A DNA stretch of 64,000 bases, from contig CAVZDG010000010.1 in NCBI GenBank assembly GCA_963773965.1, positions 50,693 through 114,692 of the forward strand. Reading direction: 5' to 3'. The notes under the pieces were generated by a model, which was not told the DNA's origin, searched no databases, and saw nothing but the letters and a program-made list of their open reading frames with translations. Origin of the DNA: an uncultured Acidobacteriaceae bacterium (GTDB taxonomy: Bacteria > Acidobacteriota > Terriglobia > Terriglobales > Acidobacteriaceae). Shown here one piece after another: positions 47,814-60,293 of this stretch (position 1 is the stretch's first letter; the number at the start of each line of letters is the position of its first letter). The position numbers and the translations under genes are program-made.

Positions 47814-48092
47814 TTAGTGTTGATCGTGATCGTGGTCGTGGTGCTCCGCGTCGTGGTAGTCGGGGCAATTGCGCCTCTCTTGTTCGAGTTGTTCGCGGCG
47901 CTTGCGCGCCTGTTTGCTGTCTTCGCCGTGGCGCTGCACCGCGTCACGCAGCTTATCCTCTGCCTGGTGAATGCGTCGTTCACATCGTACGCGCCGGTCG
48001 TCTCTGTCGTCCGCCCGTGCCGGGAGGGACGAACCCACCAAGCCGACGGTCGTCAGCAATGCAACGCAAAGGATTCTGATAATACGAGTCAT
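47814..48092 (-). CDS. Small secreted charged protein with a His/Asp-rich C-terminus
   Basis: Signal peptide MTRIIRILCVALLTTVGLVGSSLPARA. C-terminus DYHDAEHHDHDHDQH. No family recognised. Confidence 0.5.
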   Translation of the reverse strand: MTRIIRILCVALLTTVGLVGSSLPARADDRDDRRVRCERRIHQAEDKLRDAVQRHGEDSKQARKRREQLEQERRNCPDYHDAEHHDHDHDQH

Positions 48093-48292
48093 TATGTTCT
48101 CCTTCGAATCCGAATTTTACACCTAGAGTGATTAATCGCCGGTGTAGCCGGCATCGGAAAACAGACGAAGTTGTGCCCTTACACAGTAGCAAAGATTGGA
48201 TGCCGGCACTAGCGGCGCTGTTGCACTGCGTTGGGTAATCCGCGCGCGCGCTCCCGCACGACCTTTAGATTGCTGGGTTGACCTTTAGTCTT

Positions 48293-49357
48293 CTAGTCTT
48301 CGTGCCGCGGCGTGGCGTAGTAACCGCTGCGGGCCTGGATTTTGTAGTCCCCCTGCTTCGGCTTGATCTCGACTTTACGGAAAGAGCCGTCGCGGGTGGT
48401 GTTGGTGGGCACGTAACCAGCGTTGTACTGGCTGCGGAGTTCCTGGGAAATCTGGTCGAAGGCCTGGCGGAGTTTTTCGATCTTGTTGCCGACTTCGATC
48501 ACGCGGCCGCCGGTTTCCTGGGTGAGCTTTTTCATCTCGGAGTCGCCGGAGTAGCCGCCGAAGCCGTAGAAACCGCGGTCGGCGATGAGCAGCACGTAGC
48601 AGATGGCATCGGCTTTCTGGGCGGCTTCGATGGCATCTTTGATCTTGAGGCGGCTGCCTTCGTCTTCTCCGTCGGTGAGCAGGATCATCGCCTTGCGGCC
48701 GACTTCGTGGGCGAATTCGTCGTGCGAGGCGAGATAGACGGCGTCATAGAGCGCGGTGCCGCGTGGGCCGGTGGCGGAGCATGGAATCGGGCCCTGCGGG
48801 CCAATCGGACCGCCGGAACAGCCGACTCCGCCGGTGTTGATCCTGGCCTGGTTGAGCGCATGTCTGAGCCGGCTGACGGAGTTGGTGAAATCCTGCAGGA
48901 GGTTGATGTCGACGTCGAAGCTGATGACGAAGGCTTCGTCTTTGGCGCGCAGCGTGCTCTCGAGGAACGAACCTCCGACTTCCTTTTCCATATCGAGGAC
49001 GCGCGTCTGGCTGCCGCTGGAATCGATGAGGATGCCGAGGGTCAGCGGGAGATCGGATTCGGCCTTAAAATACTTGATAGTCTGGGGCTGGCCGTCCTCG
49101 AACAGGTCGAAGTTTTCCTTGTTGAGATTGGGAATCAGCGCGCCATGCTTGTCTTTGACGTTGAAGAACAACTGGACGACTTCGACGTTGACCTTGAGGG
49201 TCTCGACGGGCTGGTCTTGCGACTGGGCGTTGGAGGTGCCCGCCGGAGCCGGAGAATTCTGCGCGGCTGCGGGAAGCGACAGGGGCGTCACCAGAACGAA
49301 CATGGCCAGAGCGAACAAGCCCGCGGCCAGGCACGGTTTGCAATGTAGTGTAGGCAT
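48293..49357 (-). CDS. Secreted VWA-domain protein (acidobacterial VWFA-related family)
   Basis: Signal peptide, an N-terminal beta segment (VNVEVVQLFFNVKDKHGALIPNL) and a VWA MIDAS-like DSSGS motif. Confidence 0.8.
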   Translation of the reverse strand: MPTLHCKPCLAAGLFALAMFVLVTPLSLPAAAQNSPAPAGTSNAQSQDQPVETLKVNVEVVQLFFNVKDKHGALIPNLNKENFDLFEDGQPQTIKYFKAESDLPLTLGILIDSSGSQTRVLDMEKEVGGSFLESTLRAKDEAFVISFDVDINLLQDFTNSVSRLRHALNQARINTGGVGCSGGPIGPQGPIPCSATGPRGTALYDAVYLASHDEFAHEVGRKAMILLTDGEDEGSRLKIKDAIEAAQKADAICYVLLIADRGFYGFGGYSGDSEMKKLTQETGGRVIEVGNKIEKLRQAFDQISQELRSQYNAGYVPTNTTRDGSFRKVEIKPKQGDYKIQARSGYYATPRHED

Positions 49358-49533
49358 TAGCGTTTTTATCCCGAGACTTTGCTAGTCTATCCTGTAAAGG
49401 GCCTGTAAGGGCCCGTAACGGTTAGATGCACCAAAGGGGCGTGGTTGGGCATCTGAATTAGTGAAAAGCGCAGGGACCAGCGGTGCGCGGCTGAACAAGC
49501 GTGGGTAAACAAGAAAGATAATAGAGGATTCCG

Positions 49534-50850
49534 GTGATGGCCACGAAGATTAACACGGCACTGATTCTGGGGCTGACATTGTTGCTGGCGGGCGCCCTGG
49601 CGGCGCAACAGAAGCCTGACGACATCCCGGACGCTCCGTCGGCGACGCGTCCGATACCACCGCCAGCGCCGCCCAGCATGCGGCCCGGGGCGGATGAGGA
49701 GACCAAGCCCGATGCGCCCCCGGCGGATGGATCCGGCGTGACCACTGGGTCGAAGGAGCTTCCCCGAAGCGCTCCGGATTCGACGGATCAGAAGCCGGCC
49801 CCGCCGCCGATGCCTCCGGTCAGGACGGTGCCCGCAGGCAGCGTGCCGAAAGATCTGGAGACCGGCCAGGATCTCTACACGATCACGGTGACTACAAACC
49901 TGGTGACGGTTCCGGTCACGGTAACAGACCGCGAAGGCCGGCTGATCGGCGGCTTGCTTCCCAGGGATTTTGTAGTTCTGGAAAATGGGCAAAAGCAGAC
50001 GTTGAAGTTTTTCACCAGCGATCCGTTTGCCCTGTCGGCGGCGGTGATTTTCGATACCGGCATGGCGGACGTAGGTTTGAAGAAGGTGCAGGAGACGCTG
50101 TCGGCGTTGCAGGGAGCGTTCAGCCAGTTCGATGAAGTTGGAATTTATACCTATAGCAGCACGGTAGGCCGGGTGGCAGACTTCACGACCGTGGGCAAGC
50201 AGTTGACGGCGACTCTGAACGAGGTCAAAGGGTTCAGCGGAGCAAATAATGGACCTCCGGTGACGAGCGGGCCGCTCGGGCCGCAGGGACCGATCATCAA
50301 TGGGATCCCGATCGACTCTCCCGTAAACCCGGTGAGCACCCCGCCGAAGGTAGCACGCGTAATGAATGACGCGATCCTGCTGGCGGCGCGCGATCTTTCG
50401 AAGCGCGACCGGGCGCGGCGGAAGATCATCTTCGTCATCAGCGACGGACGCGAGCAGGGCTCGATCGCCAGCTACAAAGATACCCTGAAAGTGCTGTTGA
50501 CGCAGAACATCACCGTGTACGCTGTGGGAGTGGAAGGCGCGGCGATCCCGGTGTACGACAGGCTGCAGCGGATCCACCTGCCGAAGACGCGGGCGGCGAT
50601 GGGTTACAGCGACATTCTGCCGAGATACGTCAACGCAACTGGAGGAGGCACGGTGTACGGCGAGTTGGCGCAAGCCGAGATCGAGCGGGCTTACGCTCGG
50701 GCGATCGGAGACGCACGCAACCAGTACACTCTGGGTTATTCGCCCAGGTCGAGCGTCGGAGGCTACCGAGAGATCGAGGTGCAGGTGCGGCGTCCGGACG
50801 TGAAGGTCTACGCAAAGCGCGGATATTATCCTCTGCCAACGGCGCGATAG
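49534..50850 (+). CDS. Secreted VWA-domain protein (acidobacterial VWFA-related family) with a Pro-rich linker
   Basis: Signal peptide, P-rich region, TNLVTVPVTVTDREGRLIGGL and a VWA-like core. Divergent from the preceding paralogue. The start is either GTG 49534 or ATG 49537. Confidence 0.8.
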   Translation: MMATKINTALILGLTLLLAGALAAQQKPDDIPDAPSATRPIPPPAPPSMRPGADEETKPDAPPADGSGVTTGSKELPRSAPDSTDQKPAPPPMPPVRTVPAGSVPKDLETGQDLYTITVTTNLVTVPVTVTDREGRLIGGLLPRDFVVLENGQKQTLKFFTSDPFALSAAVIFDTGMADVGLKKVQETLSALQGAFSQFDEVGIYTYSSTVGRVADFTTVGKQLTATLNEVKGFSGANNGPPVTSGPLGPQGPIINGIPIDSPVNPVSTPPKVARVMNDAILLAARDLSKRDRARRKIIFVISDGREQGSIASYKDTLKVLLTQNITVYAVGVEGAAIPVYDRLQRIHLPKTRAAMGYSDILPRYVNATGGGTVYGELAQAEIERAYARAIGDARNQYTLGYSPRSSVGGYREIEVQVRRPDVKVYAKRGYYPLPTAR

Positions 50851-51039
50851 AGAGCGGAGCAGCTAAGCATTTGAGCCCGTAGTGTTTTAGTAACGTGGGT
50901 AACCTGCGCCATAGCCTCCCGTTGTGGTATAAAAACCAGCAGGAACCGATACTGTAGTCAGGTGGATTTGTAGCGAGAGGCTCGCGCGTTGAGGGAGTGG
51001 TTTGCGAGAGTCTTTCGCAGGAGTTTCTGAGGAAACCTC

Positions 51040-51627
51040 TTGAGTTTCATCAACTTCGCAGCACGCGAGATCAACTGCAAGATCGTCTACTACGGCGCCG
51101 GGTTGGGCGGCAAGACGACAAATCTGCAGTTCATCTTCCAGAAAACAGCCGAACAGCAGAAGGGTAAGATGATCTCGCTGGCCACGGAGACCGATCGAAC
51201 CCTGTTCTTCGATTTCCTGCCGCTGGATCTGGGCACGGTGCGCGGCTTCAAGACGCGCATTCACCTCTACACGGTTCCCGGCCAGGTCTTTTATGACGCC
51301 AGCCGCAAGCTGATTCTGCGCGGCGTGGACGGCATCGTGTTCGTGGCCGATTCCCAGCAGGAGCGCATGGACGCCAACGTCGAAGCCCTCGACAACCTGA
51401 TGGCCAACCTGAAAGAACACGGCTACGACTTCAACAAGATTCCCTACGTGCTGCAACTGAACAAGCGCGACCTGCCGAATATCCTGCCGGTGGACGCTCT
51501 CTCCAAAGAACTGCGCAAGAAAAACGAGCCGGTGCTGGAGGCCGTAGCCTTCCAAGGCGTGGGCGTGTTCGAGACGCTCAAGGAAATCGCGCGGCAGGTG
51601 CTCACGGAGTTGAAGCAGGGTGGGTAA
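51040..51627 (+). CDS. mglA: Ras-like GTPase MglA (mutual gliding-motility protein A family)
   Basis: [71 protein letters not shown] and LNKRD closely match Myxococcus MglA as I recall it. TTG start with GAGGA upstream. Confidence 0.9.
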   Translation: MSFINFAAREINCKIVYYGAGLGGKTTNLQFIFQKTAEQQKGKMISLATETDRTLFFDFLPLDLGTVRGFKTRIHLYTVPGQVFYDASRKLILRGVDGIVFVADSQQERMDANVEALDNLMANLKEHGYDFNKIPYVLQLNKRDLPNILPVDALSKELRKKNEPVLEAVAFQGVGVFETLKEIARQVLTELKQGG

Positions 51628-51682
51628 GGCAGCTCTTAGTTGTCAGTTGTCGGCTCTCAGTCAAAGCCCCAACACAACGTTC

Positions 51683-51762
51683 CCGTAGAGACGCGGCTCG
51701 CCGCGTCTAGATTGTGTGTGGGGACGGGCGCCCTCGCCCGTCCAAGCCGAGCGCAGCTCGGC
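51683..51762. repeat. REP (GTAGAGACG family) followed by a second REP type (ggacgggcgccctcgcccgtcc + gccgagcgcagctcggc)
   Basis: 51683-51708 and 51718-51762. The second type recurs inverted at 55927-55972 and shares the gcttggacggg core with the RAYT flanks. Confidence 0.85.
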
Positions 51763-51817
51763 AAATGCCGGCGGCCTCAGCACCCTCCGGATGCGCTATA
51801 ATGATCATACCTATGAT

Positions 51818-52234
51818 ATGATACAAAGTACTATGGCAAACGCTAACCCACGCATTAAGCGGCGGCGTACATTCACTCTCTCGCCCGAGAGTTTGGCTTA
51901 CCTGGAGCAGCAAGCACGCGAGCGAAAGGGCTCCCAATCCGCATTCCTGGACAAGTTGCTTCTGGAAAAGACGGCCGAACAGCGGAGAGCGTCGCTCGAA
52001 GCCAATGTCACCGCCTACTACGACAGCCTGAGCGAGGAGGAAGTCGAGGAGCAGCGAGCTTGGGGCGAATTTGCCGGACGCCATCTCGCTCTTAGTGAGG
52101 AGGAACTCTTGCATGCCCAGTCCACAGCGGGGAGAAATCTGGTTCACAAAGCTGCCGACCGACCCTCCGGAAAAAGGAAAGCGCCCGGTCGTCATCGTCT
52201 CCATCAACGCGCGAAACAATCATCCGCGCGCTAG
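51818..52234 (+). CDS. Ribbon-helix-helix (CopG-like) antitoxin; 3' end uncertain
   Basis: KRRRTFTLSPESLAYLEQQARERKGSQSAFLDKLL is RHH-like. TATAAT lies at 51797-802. The ORF continues about 120 nt into the toxin gene, so either a real overlap or a frameshift is possible. The start is ATG 51818 or ATG 51833. Confidence 0.55.
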   Translation: MIQSTMANANPRIKRRRTFTLSPESLAYLEQQARERKGSQSAFLDKLLLEKTAEQRRASLEANVTAYYDSLSEEEVEEQRAWGEFAGRHLALSEEELLHAQSTAGRNLVHKAADRPSGKRKAPGRHRLHQRAKQSSAR

Positions 52235-52472
52235 CACCGTGCTCGTTGTACCGCTGAGCACCTCGGTTCACAAGGACGAGATTCCCACGCACTTGCTACT
52301 GGAACCGGGGCAAACGGGCCTGCGAGAGCGTGTCGTGGCCAAGGCAGAAGATGTTTCGCCGGTCTGGAAAGCAGAGCTCGATCCTTCGCGCGAGCGCCTG
52401 CGGGTCCTCAGTTCGCACCAGGTTTGCGAGTTGGCGCGGAAGGTGGAATTAGCGATGGGGTGCTCGCCCTAG
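52113..52472 (+). CDS. Type II toxin, MazF/PemK family
   Basis: PQRGEIWFTKL...KRPVVIVS...VLVVPLST is typical of PemK/MazF. GAGGAGGA Shine-Dalgarno sequence upstream of the ATG at 52113. Confidence 0.8.
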   Translation: MPSPQRGEIWFTKLPTDPPEKGKRPVVIVSINARNNHPRASTVLVVPLSTSVHKDEIPTHLLLEPGQTGLRERVVAKAEDVSPVWKAELDPSRERLRVLSSHQVCELARKVELAMGCSP

Positions 52473-52505
52473 GATCGCAACCGTTAGTCGTCTGCGAAAT
52501 TCTCG

Positions 52506-54461
<1,956 letters not shown>

Positions 54462-54465
<4 letters not shown>

Positions 54466-55022
54466 GGATGTCGTCTAATGAGATATAGGCGACGGACACT
54501 GCCGCTGCAGCTGTTTCGCTCGGACGGCGGACGCGCCCAGCGAGCCGCAGCTGCACGCGCTACACCGATGTGCTCCAGCGCCCGGTCGATCACGGTCTGG
54601 AGTTCGTGGGCGTATTTGACTTCGCGGCCTTTGGCCAGGATCCCGCGCGCTTTTTCTGCATCGAACCAGGTGGGATTGCGGAAGTCTTCCTCGGGACGGC
54701 GAGTTTGGCGGACGTCCATCAAGAAAGCTTTGACTACGTATTCCTGCACGCCACCCGCCTGCCAGAAGACACCTTTGGAATGAATGTAGATATGGAAATG
54801 GCGGGGCTCGATGATGCCGCTCGCGCCCGCTTCTTCTTTGGCTTCGCGTTCCGCGGCCTGGCTGTGCGAGAGGCGAGGTTCGGGGGCTCCCTTGGGAAAC
54901 GTCCACTTGCCGCCGCCGTTGGTATTCACCAACAGAAACTCGGCATGCGAATTCACCCGCCTGTAACAGACGGCAGCGACCTGCAAAGGCAACGCAAAGC
55001 GAGAGACGCGAGGCGAGCTCAT
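54462..55022 (-). CDS. NUDIX hydrolase
   Basis: NUDIX box GAPEPRLSHSQAAEREAKEEAG. The stop overlaps the ABC-F start (ATGA). Confidence 0.8.
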
Positions 55023-55123
55023 CTTTTCGTAGTTTACTGCAAAGATATTTCAGGAATGTTAAATAGCAACGACAATTGTGCACATCTTTGGTACCGGTTC
55101 TTTCGTGCACCGGCACCCACGTC

Positions 55124-55221
55124 CTTAGCTCTCAGCTGTCAGTTGTCAGTTTTCAGCGACCGGACCCTACCAAGGACAACGCCATCGATTTACTGAGAGC
55201 TGAGAGCTGAGAGCTGAGAGC
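55124..55221. repeat. Hairpin of 7-nt-periodic repeats (CTCAGCT/GAGAGCT type); its right arm encodes the last residues of the methyltransferase ORF
   Basis: cttagctctcagctgtcagttgtcagttttcag ... ctgagagctgagagctgagagctgagagc. Confidence 0.8.
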
Positions 55222-56417
55222 CGCTCCCGAAGCTCAGGCCGCTCAGGACGGCCACTTTCTTGCGGTCTATCGCTCGACTGGCGATCAGCACCTGGAAATT
55301 CTCTCCCATGCCGACGGGCGTGACCAGATGTTTGAGCTGGAGGGCTACTTTCGCGCGTTCCTGCGGGACGCGGCAGTCTTCGAAGGCGTCGGCAAACTGA
55401 TTTCTCTCGCCAATGCCCATCAGGAATTGCGATTGCGTGAGGAGTTTTTCGACCGCATACCGGCTTGCTCGCATGCAGCGGCTAGCGCGGTGAAATTGAC
55501 GTGGGCGGTGAGGTCTTGCTCGCCGGGGGCCTGGTAGGGGTCGGAGCTGGCGGAGTGATGGCGATACGCCATGAGCGTGCCGCGGTAGCGACCCGCGAGT
55601 TGTTGGTCGCGCGTGTAACCGTAGTCAATGACAATGACCAGCAGCAAGCCGCGTGCGATGGAGTGCACGATTTGCTGGATCCAATTCTGCGCGAGGATGG
55701 GCACTTCGATGCGCTCGCCGGGTTCGGGATGGACGCCGTAGCGGTCGAGGAATTCCAGTTCTTCGGCGAGCGGCGGGAGCCAGGTTTCGCGCAGGCGATT
55801 GTTTTCGAGCGCGATGTGGAGTTTGCCGTGGGTGCTGAGAATTTCGACGGGTAGGGCGTCAAAGAATTCGTTGGCGAAGACGATGAGGGGAGCTTCCGGC
55901 GCGAGAGTGCGATGAATGCTCGGCAGGTGCCGAGCTACGCTCGGCTTGGACGGGCGAGGGCGCCCGTCCCCACACGAACAGGGATCGTTCCTCCGGAACT
56001 GTGGCTTTGCCGGCCGCAAGATGCTCGCGCAGTGTTTCTTGCAGTTTGGCTCGCAGCGCGGGCGAACGTCTCCTGCAAGGTGTACGTGAGGGCGGCGAAG
56101 AAGTCGGGGAATTTCTTGTTGGACCAATCGAGCACATCGCGGGCGAACAGGCCGCGGCCGGGACCGAGTTCAAGGATTTCGATTTCCCGGGGGCGGTCGA
56201 GCGCTTGCCATATCTGGTCAAACTGCCGCGCCAGCAGGCGTCCGAAGACGGCGTGAACGTCGCTCGCGGTATAGAAGTCTCCGGCTTTACCGAATTGTTC
56301 GGCGTTGCGGGAATAGTAACCATGGGAAGGATCGTAGAGGCATATCTCCATGTAGCGCGAAAAGGGGATGGGACCGCGCTCTCGGATCTCCTGCTCGATT
56401 TGTTCGCGGATGGACAA
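55190..56417 (-). pseudogene. SAM-dependent methyltransferase of the DUF185/MidA (NDUFAF7) family, split over four frames with an internal REP
   Basis: GPIPFSRYMEICLYDPSHGYY...ILELGPGRG (frame A), SPALRAKLQETL... (B), FANEFFDALPVE...VIDYGY...DLTAHVNF (C), AVEKLLTQSQFLMGIGE... (D). TTG start. Confidence 0.7.
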
Positions 56418-56421
56418 TGCG

Positions 56422-56751
56422 CTAGCTTCCCTGGCTTCCCTCTCCGGCAGGCATCGGGCTGCGGGGTACGGCGCGATCCTGCGGGGTGCGGGTAAACATC
56501 TCGATGAAATAGTCGTGCAGGCCGTCGTAGAGCTGGCGCTGAAGATGCCAGGTGAACTGGGGACGATCGAGGTCGCGTGGATGAATCGGGAGCACGTAGG
56601 TGTGAACCGGGACGGTCGAGTTCTTCAGATCGATCAGAATTTCGATAGCGCCGTTGTTCTCGCGCGCGGAAAAGGCGAGCAGCGGATGATCGTAGAGCTT
56701 GCAGGTGATCGAGAACTTTCGCAGAGTTTCTGGAGTCTGACACGGATCCAT
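56422..56751 (-). CDS. Hypothetical protein (109 aa)
   Basis: Non-low-complexity ORF segment MDPCQTPETLRKFSITCKLYDHPLLAF...LYDGLHDYFIEMF, immediately upstream of the methyltransferase gene. No family recognised. Confidence 0.4.
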   Translation of the reverse strand: MDPCQTPETLRKFSITCKLYDHPLLAFSARENNGAIEILIDLKNSTVPVHTYVLPIHPRDLDRPQFTWHLQRQLYDGLHDYFIEMFTRTPQDRAVPRSPMPAGEGSQGS

Positions 56752-56789
56752 TGTACTCAGGCTGGAGGGCAGGCTTGGCGCCCGTCCTT

Positions 56790-57247
56790 CTACCGTACGA
56801 ATCGCGGTGGCAACGCGGTAGGCTGCCATGCGGAGCGAGTGGCGCTTTCGTGAAAGGCGCGCTTGACGGGGGCAGGGCGAGATAAATGACCACGACGGCG
56901 TTGATGACTGCCGAGAGCCGCCGGAATTCCGTGCACGAGCAGCAGGCCGGCAGTAGCAAAACGAGGCCGAGCGCTGAAAGAAACATTGTGAGCAGACGGC
57001 CCCAATTATGTACTCCCAGAACTCCATAGCCGGCGATCAGATGAAGGGCCGCGAACAAAACAATCACCAGGCTGGCCAGGTGCCCAAAACCGCCAAAAAA
57101 GCGTCCGGCGATATTGGCCTCAGCGGCAAGAGAAGCGAGTTTGGCGGCCAGTCCAGCGAAGAACAGGATGGAAACTCCGAACAGCAATCCGAAGACACCG
57201 CGCAGAATCTGATAAAAGCCGACCAGAGTGACGCCAAGTGGACGCAT
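56790..57247 (-). CDS. Small hydrophobic membrane protein; 3' boundary uncertain (possible frameshifts)
   Basis: MRPLGVTLVGFYQILRGVFGLLFGVSILFFAGLAAKL... has 3-4 predicted TM helices. The 462-aa ORF 55859..57247 continues through unrelated sequence and is not credible beyond about 56850. Confidence 0.3.
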
Positions 57248-57316
57248 GAATCCTCCATTACAGGCTTGGGGAGAAATATAGCATAACCGGCGTGGGAAAC
57301 AATCCGGTGAGAGAGT

Positions 57317-57407
57317 AAGGTCAGAGGTTAGAGGTCAGATTGCAGAGGTAGAAGGGCTCTCACTATAGGTTCTTACCGCTGCAATCTGACCTCTCACCTC
57401 TGACCTT
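57317..57407. repeat. Hairpin with a 29-bp stem (1 mismatch) of 7-nt-periodic repeats (TCAGAGG type)
   Basis: 57317-57345 pairs with 57379-57407. Confidence 0.9.
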
Positions 57408-57416
57408 CGTTTGACT

Positions 57417-58655
57417 TCATTCGTAGCGGAGGGCTTCGATAGGATCCAGGCGGGAGGCTTTGATGGCGGGCAGCATTCCGCTGATGACGCCAACGAATCC
57501 GAGGATCATGGTGGACGCCAGCAGCGTGGTCGAGTCGATGGTCAGATGGATATCGCCTTCGGTGCCATTCTCCACGAAGGCGCTCCAGAGAGTGAGCGAT
57601 CCGACCGACCAGGAGACGATGTAAGCGAGCACCACGCCGGCGAGCCCCCCAACAAGGGTGATGGCGAGGGCTTCAGCGAGGAACTGGACCAGAATGTGCC
57701 AACCGCGCGCGCCGAGAGCCTTCTCGACGCCGATCTCGCGGGTGCGCTGGGTGACGGAGACCAGCATGATATTCATCAGGCCCACGCCGCCGATGCCGAG
57801 CGTGAGCAGGCCGATGAACCCGAGCAGAATCTTGATGCCGGTGGTGATCACGCGCAGGTCGAGCAGATCGGCGAAAACGTCGAAGACAAACACAGCGCGC
57901 TTGTCCTTCGGATCGAACTCATGGTGAAAGGCCATGGAGCGGCGCACGGCCTCGGCGACTTTTGCGTGGTCGCCTTCGTACTCCATAGCGATGGCGTTGA
58001 GGTAATAGGTATTGGTGAGGTCGTTCATGGCGCTGAACGGGATATAAACTTTGCCGTTCATGTTGTCGTCGCCGTTCTGGATGACGTGTTTGAGCACGCC
58101 GATCACCTCGTAGGAGATGCCGTCAACCCGCACTTTTTCCCCGAGAGCGTTCTGTCCGGAGAACAACTTCTTCTTGACGTCGGCGCCGAGGATGGCGACC
58201 CGGCTGTGCGTGTTCTCGTCGAGGTCGGTGAAGAAGGTGCCGTCTTCGACGGCGATGCGGCGCATGTGCTGATAATACGGATAGACTCCGCTGATCCCGT
58301 AACTGCCGCTGCGCGTTCCATAAGCGACAGTGCTTTGCTTGAAAGCTTCGGGCGAGACGCGCTTGAGCAGAGGCACCTCGGCCTGAAGGTAATCGAGATC
58401 GTTGACGGTAAGTTTGATTTCGCTGCCCGCCTTGGTGCCGCCGGCTTGCAGCGAGGTGCGTCCGGGGAAGATGAAGACCAGGTTCGTGCCCCAGGAGCGG
58501 AACGCGACCCAGAGGCCGCGCTCGAAACCGGAACCGTAGGCAAGTAGCAACACGACCGTCGCGATTCCCCAGGCCATGCCGAGCATGGTGAGAATGCTGC
58601 GGCGGCGATTGTGCTTGAGCGCGTTGTAGGCCTGGCGGGCGAGTTCGAGAATCAT
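57417..58655 (-). CDS. ABC transporter permease, MacB/FtsX type (MacB periplasmic domain + FtsX domain)
   Basis: N-terminal TM helix, about 200-aa periplasmic domain, C-terminal 3-TM FtsX region (GIGGVGLMNIMLVSVTQRTREIGVEKALGA). Confidence 0.85.
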   Translation of the reverse strand: MILELARQAYNALKHNRRRSILTMLGMAWGIATVVLLLAYGSGFERGLWVAFRSWGTNLVFIFPGRTSLQAGGTKAGSEIKLTVNDLDYLQAEVPLLKRVSPEAFKQSTVAYGTRSGSYGISGVYPYYQHMRRIAVEDGTFFTDLDENTHSRVAILGADVKKKLFSGQNALGEKVRVDGISYEVIGVLKHVIQNGDDNMNGKVYIPFSAMNDLTNTYYLNAIAMEYEGDHAKVAEAVRRSMAFHHEFDPKDKRAVFVFDVFADLLDLRVITTGIKILLGFIGLLTLGIGGVGLMNIMLVSVTQRTREIGVEKALGARGWHILVQFLAEALAITLVGGLAGVVLAYIVSWSVGSLTLWSAFVENGTEGDIHLTIDSTTLLASTMILGFVGVISGMLPAIKASRLDPIEALRYE

Positions 58656-58664
58656 AATTAATTT

Positions 58665-58732
58665 CCTGTAGAGACGCGGCTTGCCGCGTCTCCCCCAAAT
58701 CCAAAAAGACGGGGCAAGCCCCGTCTCTACAG
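58665..58732. repeat. REPIN between the two permease genes
   Basis: cctgtagagacgcggcttgccgcgtctcc ... aagacggggcaagccccgtctctacag. Confidence 0.9.
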
Positions 58733-58738
58733 AAGAAC

Positions 58739-59986
<1,248 letters not shown>

Positions 59987-60293
59987 GATTAATTCCGGGC
60001 AGGCAGCCTTTTGTCGAAGGCGAAGCCCGCACCCTGCACTCTGTCATGTAGTACGGGATCGGGTGAGGCGCGGTTCCCGAAAAAAGCGTGCCCCAACCTT
60101 CTTGCTTAGACGCTGGAAACGACTGCCGGGTTAGCAGCGAGGGGGGAAACGCGAAAGGGGCCTCGATTTAAACTCCGTACCCCTGCTCACCGCCGGGCTT
60201 GGGGCACGTCTAAGATGCCGACCAGGGGCGGGCCGCGATCCGTGGCCCGTTACAGCAAAATCTGCGATGGACGCATTAGAAGGAGGCATTCCC

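Noticed and set aside
50851-51039. Search for mglB or another small ORF immediately upstream of mglA.
   Set aside because: The gap is only 190 nt with no ORF of roadblock/LC7 size, and the minus-strand ORF 50887..51555 is an antisense shadow of mglA.
55859-57247. 462-aa ORF spanning the membrane-protein gene, the 109-aa ORF and part of the methyltransferase gene.
   Set aside because: Only the first ~130 codons look like a real hydrophobic protein. The rest overlaps better-supported genes out of frame and runs through a REP.
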